DNA of 64,000 bases from Laetmonice hystrix (GCA_965235115.1 OZ249452.1:9734001-9798000), one strand, 5' to 3'. Counted from the stretch's first letter, positions 36,477-49,636 are shown. Numbers and translations: made by a program. Notes: a model not told the origin generated them from the sequence alone.

Positions 36477-38419
36477 TTTTAGGCACTGGCGGCACCTAAC
36501 GGGGTTTGCGTGAACTAGTGGAGGTTGATGGTACACCTTGCAAACCTTCTTACTCATAAGCTGTAAATTTTTAACCTCATACGAATCCCCTTCGAGATTG
36601 TTGTCGAAAAAAAATTACAACCCCTGACGTTTGCAAATCCACGGAAGGCCTACGCCCCCCCCCCCCCTCCCAATACAAAAGTCCATCGGTGGCAAGATGC
36701 GGCAGTTAATCCGGTTGGCGTTTCTTTTCGGCGCCTCTCAAGGAAACCATCTAAGAACTCTCCACGGCCAACGCTCTTTGTAGCCAACAGGAAATCAACC
36801 GACATCACTCGATATTTCATTGACCTCCAGATTGTCCGAATTGCCGTAAAGAAGTTCCGTCGCCAATATTACTGCGGCGGAACGCTCGCCCCGGTTCACG
36901 TCGGAACAGATCAGTCCAACTGAGAGCCTCGTTTTGATTTACCTTTTATTACGCTGACCACTAGGTGGCGTAATTCATGTGTCGCAAATTCCTTTCCGGG
37001 AGCTGCAGGTATATCCGCGAAATGCGGGCATCGTAATGACGTGAATGAGGCCACAGACGGCACGTTGATGTTGTTCTGTCACATACGTTCCCCCTTAATG
37101 GACACACTTCCAGATAATTAAGTAGGTTAACGACGGTCTACAGTGATGCCACCTGGCGGACAGATAAGAGCGGGGGAGGTATAGGTCGCCATTTGCATTA
37201 ATGGTTTGGTTCGGCTTCATATTATGGGCAAGGGTCATAATGGCGACATGTAGATTGCCTATACGTATGCGCGTGGAATTACTTGATAGTCGAAACAGGT
37301 GAATATAATGTCGATACTCAGTATAGCGCTAGATCTATCCTTTCCTAGAACAATGCTCCAATGATCTTCATGGCTGCCATACAGCGTCCCGTGGGAGGAG
37401 CGATAATTGTCCTGAACAGTGAGGGTAATGAAGGGTGTATGGAGGGTAAACGTCGTGCCCCATTACCTCGTGCTCTCTTCCGATGTAACCCGGAACAAAC
37501 AACCATGCGTAGGCAGAGAGCAAAGTCGGAATTCATTTCGCTGCTAATTCAGAACGGTGCTTCCCGTGCATGGCAGTTACACGTACACAAAGATTCTGAA
37601 TATTTTTATTTAAGAAACATTCTAAGGACATCTCACAGAAGATTAAATCAATTCTAGATAGGAAATTCTTATTGACACGGAAAAAATTCCTAGAATTACA
37701 GCTGGACAATAACTGCCAGGACCAGGAGGTTGTAATTTTGTTTTTAAAATGTGAAAGAAAAGTGACATTTTTTTCGGGATTTACAATGTGTTTGGCGCGC
37801 CCTATAAAAACAATACCGGTATACATTTGGTCGGAACTTCCGCCAAAGTATGTGTAACCTCCTTTGTTGATATAAAATCCCAAAACACTCTCTTGTGGGA
37901 TGATAACGAGTTGAGCGTGAGCGATAATACATTACGTTTGAGAATAGTCGCTGCCCACTCTTGTCCAGAACGCTGGATCACTCGCAATGTAACTCGATCA
38001 GTGTTGGATTCCCAATAATCCTTTCCTGGCGGCCCACAAAATCCACAGGGGTCAGTTTGCTGTCATAACCATCTGCCGAGACAGAACGCTGTCGTTTTCC
38101 GCCCGGGATGGGGATACCCACTGCGTTATATTTTACGTCCCAGGTTATCTTGGCTGACTACAATGGTTGGAGTGAAAACGCTTAAGAGGGAATACCCCAA
38201 AGAACAACTCTATACGATAGTTTCACACCAGTAGAAATGTTATAGAGAATCGACTTGCATTGATTAATATCTTTATAGTCGTGAGGAACTAGGCTTTCCA
38301 TCATAAAGACAAGGTAATGTTGGAATGACTTCAGGGAAACGACCTACGCGTCGGGAGAATTCCACACCCACGCCCAAATCCAACTGTTGGACCTAGCTGA
38401 TGGTTGTGGCTTACCTGTT

Positions 38420-38809
38420 GTTTTAAATGGAACACGTTTTGGAGGATTTCCGGCAATTATCCAACATGACCGTGCATTTTGTCCTCCGACCCGTGTGATT
38501 GCATACTGTGTCACATCCTGCGTGTGCACTCTCTGCAAGTGCTTAGTCACGTGGTGGTTCGCTTAGTTGTAAACAATTCAGCAGTTGCACGCGATCTTCT
38601 GGCATCAAAATGCCACCCAACAAATATTTTACGAAATCGGCAGAGGAGCGGGCAAGGGAGCTTTATAAACTTCGATTTCTCACGCAAAATGAAACTGATA
38701 AGTCTGTTTTTGTTTACCAAGCAATTTTAATGAAGGATCTCTTTATGAAAACAGCAAAAGTTCTTTGAAATACCGATTTTTCACGTTTCCTCATAATATG
38801 CCCCTTTAA
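38420..38809 (+). mobile_element. Non-autonomous DNA transposon copy 1 (TTAA-ended, Kolobok/piggyBac-like), internally deleted
   Basis: Ends CATAATATGCCCCT-TTAA; shares GAGGATTTCCGGCAATTATCCAACATGACCGTG and the CACATCCTGCGTGTGCACTCTCTGC...AAAATGAAACTGAT block with 48520-48993. Confidence 0.7.
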
Positions 38810-39256
38810 GGTTACTTTGTATGTCTACTCTGTATAGTTGTATTGCGGATATGAATTTGGATCCATTTTAAATGTAAAATATATTAAAGAATACCGCGCG
38901 GAAGTCCATGTTCAGATAAGTGCATACTTATAGCTGCAGTAGTCTGAAGCATGGAAGTGCGAATCACGATGGCACGTACACTGCGAACCACATTCAAACT
39001 GACCAATTAAATTTCGCGAAATAAATCCTGACGCTTCAGCAGGGAGCAATTAGAGCAGCATGTATTTAGCATTAACCAGAATTAATACTTGTTCGAGCGA
39101 TTAACCCCGTGACCCCTCCAGAGATGAGTTGGTAAATTCTTGAAGCAGATTTAGTAAATCCTGGATTAAGTCCGCAAAAACGATAGTCTCCTTATTCGGA
39201 AGTGATCCATATTGACAAGTTAATTCTCCTGAGCGTCGACGGCGGCGCTGCTGGTA

Positions 39257-39707
39257 GCAAGGTTCCCAGAGATGTCTAGAAGAGGCCAGCACTGTTACAG
39301 TGTTACAGGCCAGCACTGTTACAGTGTTACAGGCCAGCACTGTTACAGTGTTACAGGCCAGCACTGTTACAGTGTTACTGTGTTCCCAAGTTTGGACCAT
39401 CATGGCAGCAAGGTTCTCAGAGATTTCTAGAAGAGGCCAGCACTGTTACAGTGTTACTGTGTTCCCAAGTTTGGACCATCATGGCAGCAAGGTTCTCAGA
39501 GATTTCTAGAAGAGGCCAGCACTGTTACAGTGTTACTGTGTTCCCAAGTTTGAACCATCATGGCAGCAAGGTTTTCAGAGATTTCAAGAAGAGGCCAGCA
39601 CTGTTACAGTGTTACTGTGTTCCCAAGTTTGAACCATCATGGCAGCAAGGCTCTCAGAGATTTCTAGAAGAGGCCAGCACTGTGACAGTGTTACAGGCCA
39701 GCACTGT
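39257..39707. repeat. Compound minisatellite: 79-bp unit with nested 24-bp subrepeat
   Basis: 24-bp AGGCCAGCACTGTTACAGTGTTAC about 4x, then 79-bp units (TAGAAGAGG at 39428, 39507). Confidence 0.93.
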
Positions 39708-39812
39708 ATTTCTAACAGACGTCTATGAGTTTTGGCATAACTATACTAGATGTCCCCAAAAAATGTCCACGCCAAAACAACCTAAGAATCTATGTTACCC
39801 CGGATTCTGAAG

Positions 39813-40047
39813 GGGAATCTTCTTACATGAAAAACAGTCTTTATTTCATCAAAATTAGTCAATCGAATCAGGTTTTTAGCGCAGCAAAGTCACACCCTGG
39901 TTCATTAGCCAGATCTTATTATCTGACAGCTAGGACTGGCCACTGTAAAAAAGACAAATACTTCGCTTCAACAAAAACGGCATAACTTTTTATTTGCTTG
40001 ACTGATTTTGATGAATAAAAGACTATTTTTCATGCAAGAAGATTCCC
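39813..40047. mobile_element. MITE-like element with about 50-bp imperfect inverted repeats
   Basis: GGGAATCTTCTTACATGAAAAACAGTCTTTATTTCATCAAAATTAGTCAA vs reverse complement of 39998-40047 (GGGAATCTTCTTGCATGAAAAATAGTCTTTTATTCATCAAAATCAGTCAA). Confidence 0.75.
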
Positions 40048-42196
40048 TATCAGGGGGGGGGGGGCATAGGTTTTGAGATTGCCCAGTTTTTTTTTGTTTT
40101 TTTTTTTGGGGGGGGGGGGGACACCTTGTATTTGTGAAAGAGTACTGTGTTATCAGGTGATATAATTCATTATTCAACGTCATTGTATAGCCCCTTCGGA
40201 CGGTATTGATGGGTTTTAACTTTTTTTGTATAGAGTACTCTAATTGGGGATCGACGGGCTACAATGTCAATGAAAAGTAACCTCTAATACCATCCTCCAC
40301 TCCGAGTTTTAACTTCATATTACGTTTTAAAAACTGAACAAGCACAGATATTCCTGCTGAATGGTGCACTGCACGTGGGCGCGTCAGTGGCTGGCAAGAA
40401 CAAAAAGTTTTAATTATCACAGTCGGTGACAGCTTTTTTGTTTTAGAAAACAGTGACTACAAAAATACCCCACCATTAGAAACAGATTCTACACACCTCA
40501 ACGTAGAACACAGCTAGTGCGCCTGGACAAATGGGACCAAATCAATGGGCCTTCTGTACCTTATAGCGTTTTTGCCAACCATGCAGCGGTTATCAAATAA
40601 GAAATCCGTGCCGTATCATGTGGCCAATCGTTATTCAGATCAGATAAATTTTTAAATACCGCCCATCCTACTTTGGTTCTGCCACGTTTTCCCATGCAGA
40701 AAGTGTTATATGACTGACACACATTGAAGTGGGATTTGTCCTTGTAGGAGTCGGATTCGGTGGTTGCTTTGGGGTCAATCGAGAGGGTGTCTTTTTATAG
40801 ATTCAGCTTGGATTTGGTAAACTGACCACCCATCGAGCCGCGGAACATCGACTTGTAGTCACTAACACGTGTTGCATGTATACACGTCTAAAGACCACCG
40901 TGGCGGCCATATTGATTTGGCTCCATCTACTCGTCGCGACCTCTAGTGGTCAAATGGTGAACCACAACGGGTCACGGCGTTAAAGGTTGGCAGGGTGACG
41001 CTGACGGTAAGGATGTGTCTAAGTGTTGGACAGATAATATACAGCGACTTTACGATGGCCACCGGCGCCGGTCTGTCGCCTGAGTGGCGCCCCCTACATC
41101 GTCTGCCTAAAGATCACGTGATGTATGACGTCACAAAACCAAAACATGCGCGCGCAGCAAGTTTAGCCGACATAAAACGCAGGAGCCTACATGTTTTATT
41201 ACTCGCACGTTAAGTCCATTAAACGGTAGAATCATTGGCCGGGTTGATTTCCAGAGAGTACATAAATACCCGAGAGGGATTTCTTCAATGTTTATAATAT
41301 AGCCTCAGCAATCTTATTTTCAGGGGAAGGGGAGTTGGTGTGATAGTGCCTAACGAGTTTTAACAACCACGTCAGCATGATTAGCGGTATGGGTCACAGG
41401 GATCAGGCAACGGCTTTGGCGCTTTAGAAAAACATAATGGTAGCATCAGTACTAAATTTTGCACCATTCATAACATATGAGCACTCCCCCCTCCTGTCCG
41501 ACCAACCAGTTATAAAGCATTGTACTGAGAATGAGGCTCTGATCCTTTGCTAGGCATTTGTTTGGGAGGTAATCTGCGAACACATTTTTCATTATAAAAC
41601 AAAGCAGCTGTTTTTCCTATTTTCTAAAGCAGAGCTTTAGTCCAGACGGTATTTATGTGGTGGTCTCACTTCTATCAATATTACACAACCACACGCTTGT
41701 TCATATTTTTAACGTTTTCAAATAAATATTACCAGAAGTGGGAAACAGCCGTATATGTTTCATGTAATGATGGATAAACGACTGTTCAACTTTATTCAAG
41801 TTTTCTCTCACCGCTCTGAAACGATGACGGATGGACCGTTGGATTCGGATCGATATTTCCACCTGTTTTACACATTCACCAAAGGCCTTATATTACAGAA
41901 AGTTGTAATATTCATCTATAAAGCCACCGTTGAGGCGGCACAAATCTCTATGACAACAGATCAGCTGTCTGTATATATATTGGGCCTTCCCGCAGGTGTG
42001 GCAGTGGTCCTGTCGTGGATGGCCGCTGACAGACACAATACGCGCTGTCCCGGATGTAGGTACACAAAGATGGCGGAGATGCGACAGGCGCCACCGTGTA
42101 TGTACAGACGGCCAAGGAAATGACACTAATTGCGAATAAAACAGAACTCTTCCCAAACAACCATCCCCTGAGGAGAATGAAACGATATCACCTTAC

Positions 42197-42231
42197 GGCA
42201 TTATATGCCATGTTTAGGGCATTCGTTGTTC
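42197..42231 (-). CDS. Gene B candidate exon 2 (35-nt, GTTNALNMAYNA)
   Basis: Acceptor ACTTTATAG|, donor GCC|GTAAGG, phase 1 to 0 in frame with 42974-43037. Confidence 0.4.
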
Positions 42232-42973
42232 CTATAAAGTTTTATCATTCTGCCATTGGAGGACATGCAGAGACCATAACACCTAACCAGCTGTTTTGTC
42301 TCTTAAGTTTTATCGGTGGGTGATCACCACAGAAACCATCTCCTAGTCCATTTCCCATGATTAGTTTGACGGCAGAGCGGGACTTTCCAGATATTTCTAC
42401 TGTGGGGCGTATATTTATGAGCCTATAGTTATTTTTCCTTCAATATCATGTCCAGTGATTCGTTAGCATACGGGGCCGTACACCTATGAGATTTAACGCG
42501 ATCTTGACGGAGAAGTTCCGAGTTTCAGAATTAAGTTCTGCTGTCTACCTCTCGAATATGTTATAGCTGCGTTATCTATATTGGTTAGACGTAGGCCTAA
42601 CGACGACTTAAATCAGTCGGTAGTGTTGGGAGGCTGATCCACGGAATGGATCTTTAATGCGATGCCCCAGTCTACTGACCCCTTGTGACCAGTTTAAACG
42701 CTGGATAAAAAAAACTACAATCTAAAGAAAATAGTAAGCCCAAAGCCTGCTTTAAACCCCGGTTCAATCTACAGACAGAAATGTCATTAAAAACAAAAAG
42801 GAAGAAGAATTCATAATATAACTCCACTTTTCCTCAAATAAGTCTTTTAAGTAGATTGCAAGAAAGCAAACCGCATGATCGCTGTACCTCATTTCCCACA
42901 AACACAGTAGGTGAAGGTCCAGCAACCTTGTCGGAACCTGGTCCTCTCACTACCATCTCGGGCCTGGCCGTAC

Positions 42974-43037
42974 CGATGGGCCACTGAGACCACAAAATGA
43001 GGCCCAAGAAGCGGGTTAATATTAATAAGATTGCCAT
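42974..43037 (-). CDS. Gene B candidate exon 1: signal-peptide-like MAILLILTRFLGLILWSQWPI(G)
   Basis: Kozak GAACC-ATG-G, hydrophobic N-terminus, phase-1 donor TCG|GTACGG. An alternative donor exists at 42888. Confidence 0.4.
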
Positions 43038-45480
43038 GGTTCCTTGAGATGCACTGGCCAGCTTGCTCAAAGATGAAAGAGTAACCATAGGAGCTCCAGC
43101 AGTCATTCCGTGTCGACCTAAATGATCGGTGCTGACTTCCCTTTCAGCATGCTGAGTAGAGCTGAGTGTTATGATTGATATAACTCAAGGGTAATGTAAG
43201 AGTCATGATTATTATGATGACCTTTCTCATCGTTGGCAATGACAATCGGAAAAGGTTCGCATCCGTTGTAAATAATTGGAATGTTTCTGGCGTTTTAACA
43301 TCAGAACAAATCTGATCGGGGAAGTAGATCGTAATCAGTCACCTTCGTTTTTCACCGACTCTGTGCAGAATTGACAATTAGGGACATGCCGTAGATAATA
43401 AATGCTGTTCGAGGCTATTTGATTTTGGAAAGGTTAGTATTTCCGGGACCCGGTGTTTCCTGTTGTTTGCAACTGTATCGAAAGTTGAAATTATTTTGAT
43501 CTTAATTCTGGAAAAGTTCGGAATTCCTGAGTACCCGGTCATATCAGAGGAAGTACCCCGTTAGGGTGTAAACTGGGCCCGAAACCCAGCCCCGTGGACT
43601 CATGTAGCTGGGTACGTAGCCCCCTAGTGGGAAGCCACCCAGAACTCGTCAAGACCAGACCCTTCGAACGACCTCAAGTATAGTGGCACATAATTCTCTA
43701 CTTGATAAAAATGCTAAAACACCAGCGGGAAACCTTTTTTCTTTGCCATGGGAGGAGCTATCTGTACCTAGGCAATTGAGTCATGCTCCCTTTCTTGCTT
43801 TGGGGGAAGCCATGACATATAACGGGGCAGGAATATGCCGTACAAGGTCCGCCAAATGGGGATAGATAGTAGTGTTTTAATAGCCTTCTGCCAAGAGGAC
43901 ACTTATTGAGGAAGGCATATTTCAAAGCACATGGCAGACGATGATATAAAAATGTCGTCATTTTGGCGCGAGATGTGAAAGTTGGCCTGAGCCGCCCTGC
44001 CATTTTTTCTGGAATCACATCCAAGACGATTAATTCATGAGAATCGTCTCCTCAGAATTATTTAGAAATATTTGGATTCCAGGCATGTACGCAATCAAAA
44101 CAAGAATTTCTTTGAAATAGTTGTCATTTGATATTCTACTGCAGACTGCCTGCCAACTCATCAATATTGGCGGCGCCAATAAATATCAAGAATATTGTTG
44201 GCAGCAATTTTCAGTGTTCTATAGATGGCATCAATAATGTATACCACATTCATTGTTTCCATGATATAGCATTGTTGGAATAATAAACTGAATATCGCAT
44301 TGCATGGAAATTCCTGAAAGGAGACGCTTGCCGTATCCAAACTCGCCTCAATGGTGTGTCCGGTACATCGCCTCTGACGAACTCCTTCACCTGCCTGTGG
44401 CACATCCTTTGTCTGGGAGACTATACAAAACGTTAATGAGAGGCTCTCCGACGTGAATAGTTTCCCGGGGCAGCTACACCTCATTGTATACGGGCATTAC
44501 GGATAGAACCATCGATCACGAGGGAAGACTGGTGAGCAAGTACATTATTACGATCCGCTCTGAGTATTTTTTAAGCTCCTGGTCCAGACGCATGGTGTTC
44601 ACACCGATGCCGACTCCGTTTTCGGCGTCGGTGTAGGCGTCGGTCGCAGTGTGAGCGGTACCTTTGGAATGGTTATTCCCCATGGAAAGGAGTTATTGAT
44701 ACCAGGACTAGGGGTTAAGGTAAGGGTTGGGGCTAGAAATTGTATAGATTTTAATTCTTACAAATAGATTTCGTGGAGATAGAATTTTGCAGCATCTGAT
44801 AATGAAGCTACATGTACGGAACAGGCAGTTAATTAAGAAAATATTAGCGAAATGTACTTTTAATGTATTTAAAAAAAATACTTTTAATTTATACTATGCA
44901 TTTATAGCAGATCGTTTGAAATCTTGCAAGGTCTTGCGAAGGAACGAGCAGTTCCTCAAACGATCATTCATTACTTTGCCAGAATAGGTCAAGACAATTA
45001 ACTACCGCTACTCAGAATTTATATTATTAGTAGAAAGGGCCGGAGATGTCAAAGACCACAATTACGAAATGATACTAATGAGATATATTTTGCATTGTAA
45101 CTGACATGTTTCTTAATTAATAGTGTTGCACATCTCTGGGCCTTCGTTTTTCCCCTGTGCCTTCCTTCCTTCCTTTGCACAGCCATTGATTGTCTGTATG
45201 TTGTGTCGTCAAATAGAGCCTCAGGTGACATTCAATCTACAGATTTTGTTTGCCTGTAAACACAGCGTTCTCGCTGGTCTGTAAAGAAATATGAACATGG
45301 CACGAACAATACAACGTGGGCTCCCCCCCACCCCCAGTGAATAAAAGGTGTCGGTTTGGGCGTTAAGGCTACGTTCGGTTAAAATTAGCCATTCGGATTT
45401 TAATCTCTTAGAAAATTTCAGGAAGACTTAAGGGGGACTTAAGGAAATAATGTCATAATATTTCAAACTCCTGTATAGGC

Positions 45481-45829
45481 TATGTAATAAAAATTGGGAT
45501 TTACACATTCAAACGTAGTATCAGCTATGCAATGAAAATTGGGATTTACACATTCAAACGGGGTTACGCAGTATATAATATGCAATGAAAATTGGGATTT
45601 TCACATTCAAACACACTATAGAGTCTATGCAATGAAAATTGGGATTTACACATTCAAACGCAGTGCAATGACAATTGGGATTAACACATTCAAACACCCT
45701 CAATGCAATGAAAATTGGGATTTACACATTCAAACGCAGTAGAGGCTATGCAATAAAATTGGGATTTACCCCTTCAAATTGCAAACACAGTATATTATAA
45801 TTATTCTGCAATAAAATTGGGATTTACAC
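45481..45829 (+). repeat. Array of 8 conserved 32-34 bp repeats separated by variable 4-28 nt spacers
   Basis: Consensus TATGCAATGAAAATTGGGATTTACACATTCAAAC at 45481, 45526, 45579, 45626, 45664, 45704, 45747, 45807. Confidence 0.92.
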
Positions 45830-46775
45830 TTTATAACGAAAAACTGTAACGAGTTAATGGAACGCACCCTCCCCTTATTGATCGTAATGAATGATAGCGT
45901 TCCGTTAATTATTGACGGTGATTTACACATTTACTGGTCTACTGCTGTCAGATAGCATTACCATGGTAATATAAAGCTATAGAAAAGGTCCCTTTTTACC
46001 ATTTCTATGAACACCGCAGTAAAATTTCAAAACAAGTTCTATTGTATCGGTGCTGTGGGTTAAGAACATGAGTGACGGCAGGTTCATATGGGTACAAAAG
46101 AGGAAAAGCTTAAGATGTAGTACTGCTTTTGTCCCTCTCGCCACTGGAGATTCGCGAAAGTGGTGCTATGACATTTCTTAGCTTCAATTGAAGAGAATAT
46201 AATTTGATATTAATGTGGAAGCAGGGGATTTGTCCCCCCCCCCCCTCTTTGCAACATCTGGAAGGGATGCCAACTAGGCTCAGAGGTACCTCAACACAGG
46301 GCCGTAATTCCGGTCGGGGGTGGTGGTTAAGCTCCCCTCCCTCCCAATAATTAGCCTACTTTCCTAAGGAGAACCTTAGACTGTGTTCGTCTAGTCCCCT
46401 CAATAATTCAATGGGAATTATCTAGCCCCCTCAATAATAGGGCATGCGAGGGATACAATTGATGTAGTTAGTAATTAGTTGGTGTCATGTAACTGAATAA
46501 CAATTGCTGAAAGTCACGTAATTATGAGATTCGTTGGGAGGATGTCACAAAGCTGACTCTGGAATAGGAACAGAGAGCTTTGTGAGGGGATGCATATTAA
46601 CTGGCGTATTGTAAGAACTATTCTCCTGAGTGTTACAATCGCAGTCTAGCAACGTGTAGTTACTGGGGAGATTCCCTAGGAGTCGTCAGAAATAATAGCA
46701 TATTTGGCTAATACGTCATAATAATACACAAATAATTCTATATTGATGATTTATATATATTAAGTATTATATTTA

Positions 46776-47030
46776 NNNNNNNNNNNNNNNNNNNNNNNNN
46801 NNNNNNNNNNNNNNNNNNNNNNNNNNNNNNNNNNNNNNNNNNNNNNNNNNNNNNNNNNNNNNNNNNNNNNNNNNNNNNNNNNNNNNNNNNNNNNNNNNNN
46901 NNNNNNNNNNNNNNNNNNNNNNNNNNNNNNNNNNNNNNNNNNNNNNNNNNNNNNNNNNNNNNNNNNNNNNNNNNNNNNNNNNNNNNNNNNNNNNNNNNNN
47001 NNNNNNNNNNNNNNNNNNNNNNNNNNNNNN
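46776..47030. other. Assembly gap
   Basis: Run of N. Confidence 1.
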
Positions 47031-48195
47031 ACAGGAAGCAATTTAAGATTTAAGACCCATGATAAAGTTCAACAGCAAACCAATAAAGCAAACTAGGATA
47101 GTCTCACAAGAAGTACATGGTAATATGTCCGGGGCGAGTGGAAATCTCTTTCCGGATTCCATATAATATAAAAGAGAAGAAATTGGAAGATTTTGACATT
47201 TTGATGCAGAATTATCGACAAATCAGAATTTGTATCTATAGGGAGCGCAGTTCTCAGCAACCTCCTGAATCCTTGGTATATCTACCAATTTTACAGTGGC
47301 ATTCACGTGGTGACGGTACAGATGAGGGTGATTAGTCCAGCGTCTTCGATTAGTGAAATATTTAACGCCTCCTACTTTTTCCATTTTCTCGTAGAGTCCC
47401 CTATATGTCCGATGAGGACGGTCTATATCCGCTAATGGTGCAGACTTTCTCCAACGGCTGATAATGTTTACACAATGGCTGTCGACGCTCTCGGTGGCAG
47501 CCTCGATCTGATCTCATCCAATCAGAGTCCATCAACGACCGTCTAAGTGTCAGGCGTTCTCATTGGCTACAACTGTGTCGAAGGATCAAATCTGTTGAGG
47601 ATGGAGAGAGGGAGACTTGAGGGGATTAACTTGCGGCTGCGAGGCACAGATTGCTCTTACCCTCGATGGAGACGTCTGCCAAATGCCAACTGTCACTGGA
47701 ATTTTCCACCGTTGACGTTTTTCCCCTAGATCTGTCGTCTTGATTTCTGCTGAACTAATACAGTTGAATTCGATTCTGATTTAATGATTCGACAGCAGGG
47801 CTCGCGATCATGGGTTGGAAGAGGAAAAGTTAAGTTAAGTCCTCGCAGATATAGGTTGATACAAGAGACATGGTTAGGAAGCGTGAAGAGAGCCAAGTGC
47901 AGGAACTGACCAATCAACGTTTTGCAACCACACCTTCCTCATGTTGTGATGTCGAGGTTGATGTCATGGTTGACTGCAGGTTATACATATAAGAAATGTG
48001 CAAAACGTATACGACGCCCATAACCGGCGTCTCTAGTCTATGACGTATGTGTAAGTTGCTGAGGCTTGTCGGTGATATAATGACTCACTAACGGTGGTTG
48101 GCATATTTTGTAAAACCAACCTGTATACACTTTCTTTCACGCGTTCCATGTAATACACGCATGCCTACTAACTAATGTAGGCACAAGTTGGAAAC

Positions 48196-48233
48196 TGGTC
48201 ACGTGACCATACCTTGCTTCCGGCCTATAAAAA
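48196..48233 (+). promoter_or_regulatory. Candidate core promoter: palindromic E-box/CLEAR, ETS and TATA box
   Basis: TGGTCACGTGACCA (48196-48209), CTTCCGG, TATAAAAA (48226-48233). Confidence 0.45.
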
Positions 48234-48519
48234 GTGAAGGGAGCTGCCTTCAACACGCTACCAACCGATATAGCAATATAATAACCCATGCTATACGATA
48301 GAAACTCGACTCGATGTCTGCATGCCCAGTCATACTGTACTAGAGACTCAGACTGAGCGTGCCTTGAAACAATATAACGACAGCTAATGAACCAAGATTC
48401 TGCTAATGCTTCGTAATAGGCCTACTCTCTGCATATTCCAAAACATGTGCACGAGCACTTGCAATGGCAAACTGATACAATAGACGTCTACGCCAGGCCT
48501 ACATACAAGACTTGGTGTA

Positions 48520-48993
48520 AGAGAGCCCGTTTTTTTTCATTGAGAGATCAAAATGAGAGCTTGTCTGATCAGTTTCATTTTGCGTGAGAAATCGAAGTTT
48601 ATTAAGCTCCCTTGCCCGCTTCTCTGCCGATTTCGGAAAATATTTTTTTCTGATGCCGGGCGATCGAGTGCCACTGCTGAATTGTTTACAACTAAGCAAA
48701 GCACGTGACTAAGCACATGCAGAGAGTGCACACGCAGGATGTGACGCAGTACGCGATTGCACGGGTTGATGGGGGGGGGGGGGGGTTGTCCGCCAAATTA
48801 TGGCGGGAGATGTGCTATCGGGAGAAATCTATAGGTTTGGTCGTATAGAACCTACTTGTGCTGCATACGCAGCGAAAACACGTCGGAGGACAAAATGCTG
48901 TGGTAAGATTATTTACTTGGATCCCTAGTACACGGTCATGTTGGATAATTGCCGGAAATCCTCAAAAACGTGTTTCATAGCATGCCCCTTTAA
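48520..48993 (-). mobile_element. Non-autonomous DNA transposon copy 2 (same family as 38420-38809), inverted, one end truncated
   Basis: On - strand begins TTAA-AGGGGCATGCTATG, matching the CATAATATGCCCCT-TTAA end of copy 1; long internal identity blocks. Confidence 0.72.
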
Positions 48994-49636
48994 CAGGGGT
49001 TAGGGATTCACACATTTCATAACGGCAGGAGCCGTGACACCTGACGCTCGTAACATGACGCCTGGAACCTGGCGCCTGGGGAATGGTGCCTGGGGCAAAC
49101 CCTTTTATACCTGGTCCCTGGAACATGACGTCCCGAGCATACCAACTGTAACATGGCGCCTGTAACATTGCGCCTGGAACGTGGCGCCTGGAACAACCTT
49201 CTGTAAAAGGTCAACACAGGGTCATGGCGAATCGAAGACATGATAGAGGTTATGGTAGCAGTAAATTAATCTGTTTCTTTTAGCTCACCAGTTAAAGAAT
49301 CTTTCCTATCGAGTGTGGTTGGGAGGGTTGAATCCCACTTGATTCTGTGATGTGACCCCTCAATCTCTCCTCCCACACCACAAGCATGAGACACCTCCAC
49401 TTGACCTGGTTTCATCAGCCCCATTGTTTGCGTTAATCTCAGGACAAGGGTTCCTCACGGATCGGTCCAGGAACACAAAACCCACACACCAAGGAGCCAC
49501 CGGGCTGGATCTCTGGCCAAACACGTTTCTTGCTATCTGATAGGTGATGTCTGGGGATACCGGGAGGAAACGGCTCCGCGTATTGTACATTCCATTGTCT
49601 TCGTTTCCCATCTACACATTGAATGAGCCAGAGGGA

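Noticed and set aside
39280-39700. RSS-heptamer-like CACTGT/ACAGTG palindromes (Transib/RAG)
   Set aside because: Part of a tandem repeat unit; no nonamer at 12/23 spacing and no TIR/TSD.
45481-45829. Bona fide CRISPR array
   Set aside because: Eukaryotic context, no cas genes, spacers 4-28 nt and partly homologous; reported as a finding, not as CRISPR.
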